The position numbers and the translations under genes were made by a program. Below are positions 13,663 to 22,827 of a stretch of 52,819 bases of DNA, one piece after another; position 1 is the first letter of the stretch; the number at the start of each line of letters is the position of its first letter. The notes beneath the pieces are model-generated. The model saw only the letters and a list, made by a program, of their open reading frames with translations. It was not told the DNA's origin and did no database searches. This DNA is from Alphaproteobacteria bacterium. Its GTDB lineage: Bacteria; Pseudomonadota; Alphaproteobacteria; Rhodospirillales; Rhodospirillaceae. Location of the stretch: NCBI GenBank assembly GCA_046269335.1, contig JBKACM010000001.1, positions 1-52,819 on the forward strand. The letters are read 5' to 3'.

Positions 13663-15081
13663 ATGGGCAAGCCGACAGGTTTCATGGAGTACCCGCGCGT
13701 CGACCGCCCGTATGCGCCAGTGGGGCAGCGCGTCACCCATTACGACGAGTTCGTGTTGCCGCTGGCTCCGGAAGAGATGACCCGCCAGGGGGCGCGCTGC
13801 ATGGATTGCGGCGTGCCCTATTGTCATGATGGATGTCCGGTCAACAACGTTATCCCGGACTGGAATGACCTCGTCTACCGCAATAATTGGCGCGCCGCGT
13901 GCGAGGTCCTGCACAGCACCAACAATTTTCCCGAGTTCACGGGACGCATCTGCCCCGCCCCCTGCGAGGCCGCCTGTACCCTCAATCTTACCAGCGTCCC
14001 GGTCACCATTCGCACCATCGAATGTGCCATTGTGGATCGTGGTTGGCAGGAGGGCTGGATCGGCCCGCAGATCCCCCAGCATCGTACCGGCAAGCGGGTC
14101 GCCGTGGTCGGTTCGGGCCCTGCTGGTCTCGCCTGTGCCCAGCAGTTGGCGCGCGCCGGCCATGACGTGGTGGTGTTCGAGAAGAATTCCCACATCGGCG
14201 GTCTGCTGCGCTATGGTATCCCTGACTTCAAGCTGTCCAAGACCCTGATCGATCGCCGCATTGCCCAGATGCGGGCCGAGGGGGTCGAGTTCCGGCCCAA
14301 TACCCACGTAGGCGGTAATGTCCCGCTCAGTCGCATCTGGCCGAAGTTCGACGCCCTCGTTCTGGCGGCAGGCTCGGAGCAGCCACGGGATCTTGCCGTG
14401 CCGGGACGTGAATTGGCCGGCGTCCATTTCGCCATGGATTTCCTCCGCCAGCAGAACCAGTTGGTCGCAGGACTGCACGTGCCGGCGGAAGGCAGAATTT
14501 CCGCCACCGGCAAGAATGTGGTCGTCATCGGGGGTGGAGATACCGGTTCCGATTGCGTGGGGACCTCCATCCGCCAGGATGCCGCCTCGGTGACCCAGAT
14601 CGAAATCCTGAGCAAGCCTCCGGAACACGAGAAGAAGCTGGAAACGTGGCCCAAGTGGCCCAACAAGCTGCGGACCTCTTCGTCTCAGGAGGAGGGCTGC
14701 CGGAGGGATTGGGCCGTCATGACCAAGTCCCTATCCGGGGGGGATGGGAAGGTCCGAACTCTTCACGCCGTCCGGGTGGACCAGACCATGAAGCCCATCG
14801 CCGGGACCGAGTTCGATATACCTGCCGATCTCGTGCTGATCGCCATGGGTTTCGTGCATCCGGTCCAGGAAGGCCTGCTCGCCGAGCTTGGCGTTTCCCT
14901 GGACGAACGGCGCAACGTCAAGGCGGACACCCTTTCCTATCAGACGTCCGTTCCCAAGGTGTTCGCGGCCGGAGACGTCCGTCGTGGCCAATCCCTGGTG
15001 GTGTGGGCCATCCGCGAAGGGCGTCAGTGTGCGCACTCCGTCGATGCCTTCCTGATGGGGGAATCTCACCTGCCCCGCTAG
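13663..15081 (+). CDS. gltD: glutamate synthase small subunit
   Basis: 472 aa, 6 nt after gltB. It has Fe-S Cys clusters ([18 protein letters not shown]) and dinucleotide folds ([24 protein letters not shown]). Confidence 0.96.
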   Translation: MGKPTGFMEYPRVDRPYAPVGQRVTHYDEFVLPLAPEEMTRQGARCMDCGVPYCHDGCPVNNVIPDWNDLVYRNNWRAACEVLHSTNNFPEFTGRICPAPCEAACTLNLTSVPVTIRTIECAIVDRGWQEGWIGPQIPQHRTGKRVAVVGSGPAGLACAQQLARAGHDVVVFEKNSHIGGLLRYGIPDFKLSKTLIDRRIAQMRAEGVEFRPNTHVGGNVPLSRIWPKFDALVLAAGSEQPRDLAVPGRELAGVHFAMDFLRQQNQLVAGLHVPAEGRISATGKNVVVIGGGDTGSDCVGTSIRQDAASVTQIEILSKPPEHEKKLETWPKWPNKLRTSSSQEEGCRRDWAVMTKSLSGGDGKVRTLHAVRVDQTMKPIAGTEFDIPADLVLIAMGFVHPVQEGLLAELGVSLDERRNVKADTLSYQTSVPKVFAAGDVRRGQSLVVWAIREGRQCAHSVDAFLMGESHLPR

Positions 15082-15128
15082 ATCAGGGTACCGTTTGAGG
15101 GGTGCGAGTGTTGATCGGAACCCAGGGG

Positions 15129-15992
15129 ATGGAACCTTCCCGCACGATATCATTTCAGGGCGAGCCCGGGGCCTATTCCCACCTGGCGTGTCTTACCGCT
15201 TTCCCGGAAATGGTGCCGCTGCCATGCGCGGAGTTCGAGAACGCCTTCGCCGCCGTGCGCGAGGGACTGGCGGCCTGCGCCATGATCCCCATCGAGAATT
15301 CCCTGGCCGGTCGGGTCGCCGATATTCATCACCTGTTGCCTCATGGCGATCTGCACATCATCGGCGAGCACTACCAGCGGGTAAATCACCACCTTCTGGC
15401 CCCTCCTGGGGCGACGCTGGAGACCATCCGCACCGTCCACAGCCATGTCCACGCTCTGGGGCAATGCCGCCAGGTGATTCGCACCCTTGGGCTTCAGCCG
15501 ATAACCGAACTCGATACGGCAGGAGCCGCCGCCGAGCTTGCCAGGAGCGGCGATATTACTCGCGCCGCCATCGCCTCGGAATTGGCCGGAGAGATCTATG
15601 GCCTTGTCTCCCTCCAGGCCAACGTGGAGGATGCCGAACATAACACCACCCGTTTCGTGATTTTGGCTCGCGAACCGCAGGATCCGAACCCGGCCAGGGG
15701 TCCCATCGTTACCACCTTCGTCTTCACGGTACGCAACGTGCCTGCCGCCCTGTACAAGGCATTGGGGGGATTTGCCACCAACGGGGTCAACATCACCAAG
15801 CTGGAAAGTTATCTGGTTGGCGGAAACTTCGTCGCGGCCCAGTTCTATGCCGACGTGGAGGGCCATCCTGGCGAGCGTGGCCTGCGCCTGGCCCTGGAAG
15901 AGTTGTCCTTCTTCAGCCATGAGGTCCGGATTCTGGGCGTTTATCCGGCACATCCCTACCGGTTTCAATCACGCCTCATGAACCTTGGGTAG
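15129..15992 (+). CDS. pheA: prephenate dehydratase
   Basis: The PDT domain begins ISFQGEPGAYSH, contains the NTTRFVIL motif and is followed by a C-terminal ACT-like domain. The tracked ORF begins at GTG 15102, and I favour the ATG at 15129 (start uncertain). Confidence 0.88.
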   Translation: MEPSRTISFQGEPGAYSHLACLTAFPEMVPLPCAEFENAFAAVREGLAACAMIPIENSLAGRVADIHHLLPHGDLHIIGEHYQRVNHHLLAPPGATLETIRTVHSHVHALGQCRQVIRTLGLQPITELDTAGAAAELARSGDITRAAIASELAGEIYGLVSLQANVEDAEHNTTRFVILAREPQDPNPARGPIVTTFVFTVRNVPAALYKALGGFATNGVNITKLESYLVGGNFVAAQFYADVEGHPGERGLRLALEELSFFSHEVRILGVYPAHPYRFQSRLMNLG

Positions 15993-16004
15993 CAAGATTT
16001 TTTT

Positions 16005-16535
16005 CTAGTTCCCACATGGTTCTATGTTTTGGTTGCCGTCAAGGCATAGGATCATTTCGTCTACGGAACGTCCCGATTCCGGATGCCGCCATTCCGGCGC
16101 CAACTCACGCAGAGGGTAGAGGACAAAGGCCCGCTCGTGCAGCCTCGGATGGGGAAGTCTCAACGGGCCATCCCTCACGACATCATGGTACGCGATAAGG
16201 TCCAGATCCAGCACGCGGGCTTCGTTGCGGAACCGCCGCTCGCGGCCGAAGGTGCGCTCGATCCCATGCAGGCGCTCAAGCAGTCCATCAGGCGCAAGAT
16301 CGGTGTGCACGGAGGCTATTCCGTTGATAAACCAAGGCTGTTCCGACCGCGGCACCGGTTCGGAACGATACCACCTCGACCTTCCGAGAACACTTATTCC
16401 CATGCCCTCAAGTCGTTCCAAGGCACTTTCGCAGGCAATGCGGGGGGATGCAAATTTTCCAGGCAAATTTGCGCCAAGTCCGATGAAAATCAAAACAACA
16501 TTCCTTCGGTCGGGTACTTGCAGAGCTAGTGTCAA
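16005..16535 (-). CDS. folK: 2-amino-4-hydroxy-6-hydroxymethyldihydropteridine diphosphokinase (HPPK)
   Basis: 176 aa with the HPPK pattern IGLGANL ... SRWYRSEPV ... ERTFGRER ... RVLDLDLI ... LPHPRLHERAFVLYPL. Confidence 0.9.
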   Translation of the reverse strand: MTLALQVPDRRNVVLIFIGLGANLPGKFASPRIACESALERLEGMGISVLGRSRWYRSEPVPRSEQPWFINGIASVHTDLAPDGLLERLHGIERTFGRERRFRNEARVLDLDLIAYHDVVRDGPLRLPHPRLHERAFVLYPLRELAPEWRHPESGRSVDEMILCLDGNQNIEPCGN

Positions 16536-16677
16536 ATGCCTAATTTACCTTCGGCAACGCTGCCTGTCCCTGGCACCATGATGGGGTTTGGGGAGGTGGG
16601 CCGCGTGGTTGCCGGGCCCATCTCCGGGCCCCCGGAAGCCCATCGCATCGTGAGATTGTTCGACAGGGGTATTCACA

Positions 16678-17253
16678 ATGGTATTTTACGCTGAGGAGAG
16701 AATAGGCCTTTTCATCGACGGCTCCAATCTTTACGCCGCAGCCCGGGCGCTTGGCTTTGATATCGATTATAAACGGCTTCTCGATGTTTTCGCAAAAAAG
16801 GGGCGGCTGATCCGGGCGTTCTATTATACCGCGCTTGTGGAGGATCAGGAGTATTCCCCCATCCGGCCCCTGGTCGACTGGCTTGACTACAACGGGTACA
16901 CAATGGTCACCAAACCGACCAAGGAGTTTACCGACTCCTCCGGACGACGGAAGATCAAGGGCAACATGGATATCGAGTTGGCCATCGACGTCCTGGAAAT
17001 GGCCGAACACCTGGATCACGTCATCCTCTTCTCCGGAGACGGCGACTTCCGCCGTCTGGTGGAAGCGGTGCAGCGCAAGGGGTTGCGGGTGACGGTCGTC
17101 AGCACCGTGCGGTCCCAGCCGCCGATGGTTGCCGACGAACTACGCCGTCAGGCGGATACCTTTCTCGAACTTCTGGACCTGGAGAGCGTGATTTCCAGGG
17201 TCGGGAATCAGCGGGAGGAGCGCCTTGCCGACCAGCACAACGGAAATCACTGA
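16678..17253 (+). CDS. NYN-domain (LabA/DUF88-like) protein
   Basis: 191 aa. It has the NYN/PIN-like acidic motifs (GLFIDGSNLY, KGNMDIELAIDV, ILFSGDGDF) typical of the conserved alphaproteobacterial LabA-like family. Confidence 0.8.
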   Translation: MVFYAEERIGLFIDGSNLYAAARALGFDIDYKRLLDVFAKKGRLIRAFYYTALVEDQEYSPIRPLVDWLDYNGYTMVTKPTKEFTDSSGRRKIKGNMDIELAIDVLEMAEHLDHVILFSGDGDFRRLVEAVQRKGLRVTVVSTVRSQPPMVADELRRQADTFLELLDLESVISRVGNQREERLADQHNGNH

Positions 17254-17887
17254 CCCTCTCCGGGAGTGCTCCCGCTGTCCGCGTCTGGTTCGGTATCGCA
17301 ACGATAACCGCGCTGCCTTTCCGGACTGGCACAACGCACCGGTGCCATCTTTTGCGGACAGCGAGGCGTGGTTGCTGGTGGTCGGATTGGCCCCTGGACT
17401 GAAAGGGGCCAATCGCACCGGGCGGCCGTTCACCGGCGATTTCGCGGGTGAGCTTCTCTATTCGACCCTGGTCCGGTTTGGCCTCGCCCATGGCCACTAT
17501 CAGGCCCGCGCCGACGACGGCCTTCGGCTGACAGGTTGCCGCATTACCAATGCGGTCCGTTGTGTCCCGCCGGAGAACAGGCCTAACCCCACCGAGGTGG
17601 CGCAGTGCCGGCCGTTCCTGACGGCGGAGATTTCCGCTTTGCCCCATCTCCGCGTCATCGTTGCCCTGGGAGCAATCTCCCACCAGGCAGTGCTCGCCGC
17701 CGTCGGAGCACGAAAATCAACCGCCCCCTTCCGGCACGGAGCCCGGTATACCCTTCCGGGCGACATACAATTGCTGGACAGCTATCACTGCTCCCGGCTC
17801 AACACCAACACCGGACGGCTGACCGAATCGATGTTTCACGAGGTATTCGCCTCTGCCGTAACCGTCGGACCTGAGCATCACCCGTAA
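17225..17887 (+). CDS. uracil-DNA glycosylase, family 5 (UdgB-like)
   Basis: 220 aa with an N-terminal Cys pair (CSRCPRL) and the motif GLAPGLKGANRTGRPFTGDFAG, the family 4/5 UDG active-site block in its family-5 GLAP variant. It has a TTG start and overlaps the upstream gene by 29 nt, so the start is uncertain. Confidence 0.8.
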   Translation: MPTSTTEITDPLRECSRCPRLVRYRNDNRAAFPDWHNAPVPSFADSEAWLLVVGLAPGLKGANRTGRPFTGDFAGELLYSTLVRFGLAHGHYQARADDGLRLTGCRITNAVRCVPPENRPNPTEVAQCRPFLTAEISALPHLRVIVALGAISHQAVLAAVGARKSTAPFRHGARYTLPGDIQLLDSYHCSRLNTNTGRLTESMFHEVFASAVTVGPEHHP

Positions 17888-18561
17888 CGCTCCTCCGTCC
17901 AGGGATCGCCGTTATTGTGATAGCCGCGAACCTCCCAATAGCCGGGTGCATCCTTCTCCGTGAAAAGGATGTGTCGCAACCACTTGGCACTCTTCCACAA
18001 ATACAGTTTCGGGACGATCGGCCGCACCGGGCCGCCGTGCTCGACCGTCAAAGGCTTTCCCTGCCAGCTGTGCGCCAGGATGACATCCTCGTCATCGAAT
18101 GCCGCCAGGGGCAGGTTGGTGCTGTAGCCATCATGGCTGCGGAAGATGACGAATCTGGCTTCCGGCTTTGGCCGTACCACCGACAGAAAATGCCTGGCGC
18201 TTACCCCCTGCCATTCATTATCGTAGCGGGACCAGGTTGTTACGCAATGAATATCCGTCACCATGGTAACCTGCGGCTGGGCCATGAACGTGGCCCAATC
18301 CCAGGCAACAGGGGTCTCTACCGCACCGGCAACGGTCAACTGCCAATCGGCAGTGGCAATCCTGGGCTGGATGCCAAGGTCCAGAACCGGCCAGTCCCCC
18401 ACCAGCCGCTGCCCCGGTGGCAAGCGCTGTTTGTGAGCCCCGGGTGATGATCCACCACCCACCAGCCCCCTTCCCTCTCTCGCCCACTGTTCCTTGGTGG
18501 CCACCAGCTTTTCCCTGCCGCTTCCGACGACTGGCCCTTCTTCCTCATCTTTGCCAGACAT
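17878..18561 (-). CDS. sulfite-oxidase-like molybdopterin oxidoreductase
   Basis: 227 aa. The pattern (DWPVLDLG ... TDIHCVTTWS ... SHDGYSTNLP ... HGGPVRPIVPKLYLWKSAKW) matches the short SO-family/YedY-like oxidoreductases. GAGAGGAGGAGG lies upstream of the ATG. Confidence 0.8.
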   Translation of the reverse strand: MSGKDEEEGPVVGSGREKLVATKEQWAREGRGLVGGGSSPGAHKQRLPPGQRLVGDWPVLDLGIQPRIATADWQLTVAGAVETPVAWDWATFMAQPQVTMVTDIHCVTTWSRYDNEWQGVSARHFLSVVRPKPEARFVIFRSHDGYSTNLPLAAFDDEDVILAHSWQGKPLTVEHGGPVRPIVPKLYLWKSAKWLRHILFTEKDAPGYWEVRGYHNNGDPWTEERYG

Positions 18562-18584
18562 GGACGACCTCCTCCTCTCGCGTC

Positions 18585-18699
18585 AGAGCCTGAAAATGTA
18601 TTGGGCAATGAACTGCGTCGCCCCCCTCGGTCTTTCGGGGGCGACCCGAAGGGCTGCGCATCGCGGCGCAGGTCGTTGTCCAATACATTTTCAGGCTCT
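18585..18699. repeat. nested inverted-repeat element (24-nt AT-rich terminal arms enclosing GC-rich hairpins)
   Basis: The arms AGAGCCTGAAAATGTATTGGGCAA (18585-18608) and TTGTCCAATACATTTTCAGGCTCT (18676-18699) are complementary at 23/24 positions. Inside is a perfect 9-bp hairpin GTCGCCCCC (18617-18625) / GGGGGCGAC (18637-18645). Confidence 0.7.
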
Positions 18700-19181
18700 C
18701 AGGACTCGACCTTCTTCTCCCGCATCAGCCTGGCCTTCTCCCGCTGCCAGTCGCGGGTCTTGTCGCTTTCCCGCTTATCGTAGTTCTTCTTTCCCTTGGC
18801 CAACCCCAACCGGACCTTGGCGATTCCCCGGCTGTTGAAGTAAACGCTGAGGGGCACCAGGGTCATGCCCTGCCTGGCCACGGCCCCAAGCAGCCTTGCG
18901 ACCTCGCGTCGTTTCAGGAGCAGCTTGCGCGGACGCCTAGTCTCGTGGGTAAAGAACGTGCCGCCCTGGTATTCCGGGATATAGACATTGAACAGGTATA
19001 ATTCACCCTCCTTGGGCCCAGCATGAGCTTCCAGGATGGTGGCGCGGCCATGCCGCAGGGACTTCACCTCGCTGCCGACCAGAACAATGCCGGCCTCTAT
19101 GGTGTCCTCAATGAAATAGTCATGACGCGCCTTGCGATTTTCGGCGACCGTCCCGTGACTTATCAGCCCGGATTTACCCAT
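18699..19181 (-). CDS. smpB: SsrA-binding protein SmpB
   Basis: The real start is the internal ATG at 19181 ([43 protein letters not shown]...), and the 160-aa length and sequence are canonical SmpB. The tracked 215-aa ORF carries a spurious N-terminal extension into dapA. Confidence 0.93.
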   Translation of the reverse strand: MGKSGLISHGTVAENRKARHDYFIEDTIEAGIVLVGSEVKSLRHGRATILEAHAGPKEGELYLFNVYIPEYQGGTFFTHETRRPRKLLLKRREVARLLGAVARQGMTLVPLSVYFNSRGIAKVRLGLAKGKKNYDKRESDKTRDWQREKARLMREKKVES

Positions 19182-19185
19182 GGCG

Positions 19186-20061
19186 TCAGGACAGGAGGCC
19201 AAGGCCCGCCATGGCGGCGCGGACCTTGGCCTTGCTGGAATCGGCAATCTCCCACAGCGGCTGCCGAGTCGCGGACGAACCCTTAGCCAACAGGCTGAAA
19301 GCGTACTTGACCGGGCCGGGACTGACTTCCGAGAAAAGAGCATCATGCAGCGGCATCAGACGATCCCGAATAGCAAAGGCGGTTGCATAATCCCCTGCCC
19401 TCCAGGCGTCGTGCAGGCTGGCGCACAGGGCCGGCGCCACGTTGGAGGTAACGGAAATGCACCCAACGCCCCCCTGGGCCAGAAACGCCGTCACGGTAGC
19501 GTCCTCGCCGGAGAGCTGGCAGAACTCCTGACCAATGGCGATCCGCGTGCGCAACGGACGTGCCAGGTCGGCGGTGGCATCCTTGACCCCGACGATATTG
19601 GGCAGAGCCGCCAGCCGTGCCATGGTCTCGACCGTCATATCGATAACGCAACGACCCGGAATGTTGTAGATCACGATTGGAAGATCGACCGCATCGTGAA
19701 CTGCCTTGTAATGCTGGTACAGACCCTCCTGAGTGGGTTTGTTGTAGTAGGGGGTCACCACCAGCGCCGCCGTGGCCCCGGCCTCCTTGGCGGCCTTGCT
19801 CAGGGCGATAGCCTCCGCCGTCGAGTTCGACCCGGTTCCAGCGATGACCGGCACCCGCCCCGCGGCCGCCTCCACACACAGGGAAATCACTCTCCGGTGC
19901 TCCTCGTGGGTAAGCGTCGGCGACTCGCCGGTCGTACCGCAGGGAACCAGCCCATGCGTCCCCTGCTCCACCTGCCAGGCGACAAAAGACTGAAATGCTC
20001 TCTCGTCTACCCTGTCGTTCTGGAACGGCGTGACCAAGGCGGTGATAGACCCTCTGAACAT
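19186..20061 (-). CDS. dapA: 4-hydroxy-tetrahydrodipicolinate synthase
   Basis: 291 aa counted from [13 protein letters not shown]. It has the DapA motifs GTTGES, YNKP and IVGVKDA. The start is chosen to fit the normal DapA N-terminus. Confidence 0.93.
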   Translation of the reverse strand: MFRGSITALVTPFQNDRVDERAFQSFVAWQVEQGTHGLVPCGTTGESPTLTHEEHRRVISLCVEAAAGRVPVIAGTGSNSTAEAIALSKAAKEAGATAALVVTPYYNKPTQEGLYQHYKAVHDAVDLPIVIYNIPGRCVIDMTVETMARLAALPNIVGVKDATADLARPLRTRIAIGQEFCQLSGEDATVTAFLAQGGVGCISVTSNVAPALCASLHDAWRAGDYATAFAIRDRLMPLHDALFSEVSPGPVKYAFSLLAKGSSATRQPLWEIADSSKAKVRAAMAGLGLLS

Positions 20062-20172
20062 GATCGGCTCCGTCGCGATCCCCATGACTGTGCCGGGGAG
20101 GTTAGTCCTACTTGACCTCCCCGACAAGAATGCTCAAGGCCAAAAGCCAAAATTGGGGCCAGGACTATTGCG

Positions 20173-22245
20173 ATGGCCGAAGCGATTTTCCTAGAATGGC
20201 CGCCGCCGGACGGGGCCGAGACCGTCGGCCCGGCAGTCCGTGGCGAACCGGGATCAAGCCATCCATCCCCCATAAGAGACAGGATCGTGGTCAAGCCATC
20301 CCCAGCCACCCTGCTGCTTGCCCTTGCCCTGGCGACAAGCACCGCACCGGCGATGTCCGCCCTGCTTTCGGACAACGACCGCCAGATATACCACCGGGCC
20401 TTTGTCGCGGCTGAACGCGAGCAATGGAGCCGGGCCAACGCGGCGGCTTCCGAGGCCAAGAGCCGTCTATTGGCCAAGGTCCTGACCTGGATGAGGCTCG
20501 TGCAACCGCGCTCCGGAGCCTCCTTTACCGAAATTTCCACCTTCCTCAAGCGCAACCCGGATTGGCCGATGCCGACCGCCCTGACACGCCGGGCCGAGGA
20601 GGCCATGGGCGCGGCCGAGTCCAGTCAGGCGGTGCTGGAATGGTTTTCGGAACGAAGCCCCCTGACCCCGGACGGCAAGATGGCCCTTGCCAGGGCATTG
20701 CTGGCCGCCGACGAGGAAGTCGAAGCGATATCGGTTCTGCGCGGATCCTGGGTCGCCGACAACTTCGGAGCCGTTCAGGAGAAGCAGTTCCTCGGTCTCT
20801 ATGGCCGTTATCTGCGTCAGGAGGATCACAACGCCCGCCTGGACAGGCTGTTGTGGGACCGTCAGAACGAGGCCGCGAAGCGGATGATGAAACGGGTGGA
20901 CCTGGGACATCAGCGGCTGGCCCTGGCACGTATTGCCCTGATCGATATGGACGGGGGCAGTGAGGGAGCTCTGCGCAAGGTTCCGGCCGAATTGGCGGGA
21001 AATCCCGGCCTCCTGTACGACCGTGCCCGCTGGCGTCGCAAGAAAGAGCGATTCGACGAGGCCATCTCCATCGTCAACGGACCCGCCGGCAACAAGGTAA
21101 GACCGGATCTGTGGTGGGCGGAACGCGCCATCCTGGCCCGAGAGTCCCTGCAACGAGGAAACATCAGCAAGGCCTACGACCTGGCACGTGGTCACGGCAA
21201 GATCAACGGAGCTTCCCTGGTGGACGCCGAATGGCTGGCCGGATGGATCGCCCTCCGTTCCCTGCACGACAAATCCACCGCCTTTACCCACTTCAAGCGG
21301 GCCTACGAGGCCGCTACGACGCCTCTCAGTCGTTCCCGGGGTGCCTACTGGGCAGGTCGTGCCGCCCAGGCCCTGGGCAACGCCCCGGAGGCCGAGAAGT
21401 GGTATCAGAAGGCGGCACAGTTCGTCACGGCCTTCTACGGACAACTGGCCGCCGGACAACTGGAAGGGGGGGGCGTCCAGGCACTGCCCGGCGATCCGGT
21501 GCCGACACGGGAAGACAACGAGATCTTCGGCCGCAGCGAGATCGCCCAGGCGGCGACCATGCTGACGGAGATCGGAGAACATGATCAGGCCCGGCATTTC
21601 ATTATCCGTCTGGTAGAAATATCGAAATCTCCAGGCATACACAGCCTCGCCGCCAGACTCGCCGCCAGGAGTGGAAAGGTGGATTTCGGGGTCAGCCTGG
21701 CCCGCCGTTCCGCCCAGCAGGGTATTTTCCTGATTTCCACGGGCTTTCCCCTGATCCACGTACCCTCCCAGGACACCCCAGAGAAACCCCTGGTCCTGGC
21801 CGTGATCCGTCAGGAAAGCAATTTTCAGAAGGAAGCCGTCAGCGTCGCCGGTGCCAAGGGTCTGATGCAGCTGCTTCCCGGCACGGCGCGACAGATTGCC
21901 AAGGCCCACAAGATGAAGTTCACCGCGGCCAGTCTGACCAGCGACCCGAATTACAACATAACCTTGGGACGAGCCTACCTCGAAGAACTCCTGGATTCCT
22001 TCGGTGGCTCCTACATTCTGTCCATTGCGGCCTACAACGCCGGCCCCAGCCGCGTGCGTCAGTGGACGCGGGAGTTGGGGGATCCCAGGGAGTCCATCGA
22101 GTCCGCCATTGACTGGATCGAGAGCATCCCTTTCAGCGAAACCCGCAACTACGTGCAGAGGGTGCTGGAGGGCACGCAGGTATATCGGCGCAGACTCGGA
22201 GAGAAAAAACAGATATCCCCCCTGGAACGCGACCTGAGGCGATGA
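20173..22245 (+). CDS. slt: soluble lytic murein transglycosylase (Slt70-like)
   Basis: It has a long superhelical N-terminal domain and a C-terminal SLT catalytic domain (IRQESNFQKEAVSVAGAKGLMQL ... AYNAGPSRV). The start is uncertain: the signal-like segment KPSPATLLLALALATSTAPAMSA suggests GTG 20287 as an alternative. Confidence 0.88.
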   Translation: MAEAIFLEWPPPDGAETVGPAVRGEPGSSHPSPIRDRIVVKPSPATLLLALALATSTAPAMSALLSDNDRQIYHRAFVAAEREQWSRANAAASEAKSRLLAKVLTWMRLVQPRSGASFTEISTFLKRNPDWPMPTALTRRAEEAMGAAESSQAVLEWFSERSPLTPDGKMALARALLAADEEVEAISVLRGSWVADNFGAVQEKQFLGLYGRYLRQEDHNARLDRLLWDRQNEAAKRMMKRVDLGHQRLALARIALIDMDGGSEGALRKVPAELAGNPGLLYDRARWRRKKERFDEAISIVNGPAGNKVRPDLWWAERAILARESLQRGNISKAYDLARGHGKINGASLVDAEWLAGWIALRSLHDKSTAFTHFKRAYEAATTPLSRSRGAYWAGRAAQALGNAPEAEKWYQKAAQFVTAFYGQLAAGQLEGGGVQALPGDPVPTREDNEIFGRSEIAQAATMLTEIGEHDQARHFIIRLVEISKSPGIHSLAARLAARSGKVDFGVSLARRSAQQGIFLISTGFPLIHVPSQDTPEKPLVLAVIRQESNFQKEAVSVAGAKGLMQLLPGTARQIAKAHKMKFTAASLTSDPNYNITLGRAYLEELLDSFGGSYILSIAAYNAGPSRVRQWTRELGDPRESIESAIDWIESIPFSETRNYVQRVLEGTQVYRRRLGEKKQISPLERDLRR

Positions 22246-22248
22246 CGC

Positions 22249-22827
22249 TCAGACGGCAGCCCCACTCCCGGAAGCCGGAACCCCCGTTGCGGAAGTTTCG
22301 ACCGAACCGGCGTTTCCTTCACTGCCGCCGTCGCGCCCAGACCGACCTTTGCGCCCGTGGCCCCGATCCGTGGGCGACTTGATGGTGGAATCGACGATCA
22401 TGAGGTTTTTCTCCGGAACGACGACCTCCGCTTCCACCTCCGGAGGAACATCGGGAACCACGTCCATATGGCGACAATGACCGTTCATGACGGCCCCTGG
22501 CTCTATGGCGAGGCTCTGGTGGGTGACGTTTCCGATCATCCGCGCCGAACTGGCGAGAAACACGGACTTGGCCCGAAGCTGACCGGACATGCCGCCGTGG
22601 ATTCGTGCCACATCGGCGTCAACCTCCCCCTGTATCGAGCCGGAAACCCCGATGATGAGGGTCACACACCGGATGTCCCCCTCGACGCTGCCGTCAATCT
22701 GAATCTCGCCGGAACTGGTGACATTCCCGACGATGCGCATATCGGCACTGACGATAGAGGGAGGAACCTCGACCCCATCCCCCCTTGCGGAGTCACGCCG
22801 TCCCTTGCCGTTACCCCTTGAAAACAT
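22249..22827 (-). CDS. bactofilin (polymer-forming cytoskeletal protein)
   Basis: 192 aa. The DUF583 beta-helix repeats are evident (VGNVTSSGEIQIDGSVEGDIRCVTLIIGVSGSIQGEVDADVARIHGGMSGQLRAKSVFLASSARMIGNV) and are flanked by disordered tails. Confidence 0.9.
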   Translation of the reverse strand: MFSRGNGKGRRDSARGDGVEVPPSIVSADMRIVGNVTSSGEIQIDGSVEGDIRCVTLIIGVSGSIQGEVDADVARIHGGMSGQLRAKSVFLASSARMIGNVTHQSLAIEPGAVMNGHCRHMDVVPDVPPEVEAEVVVPEKNLMIVDSTIKSPTDRGHGRKGRSGRDGGSEGNAGSVETSATGVPASGSGAAV

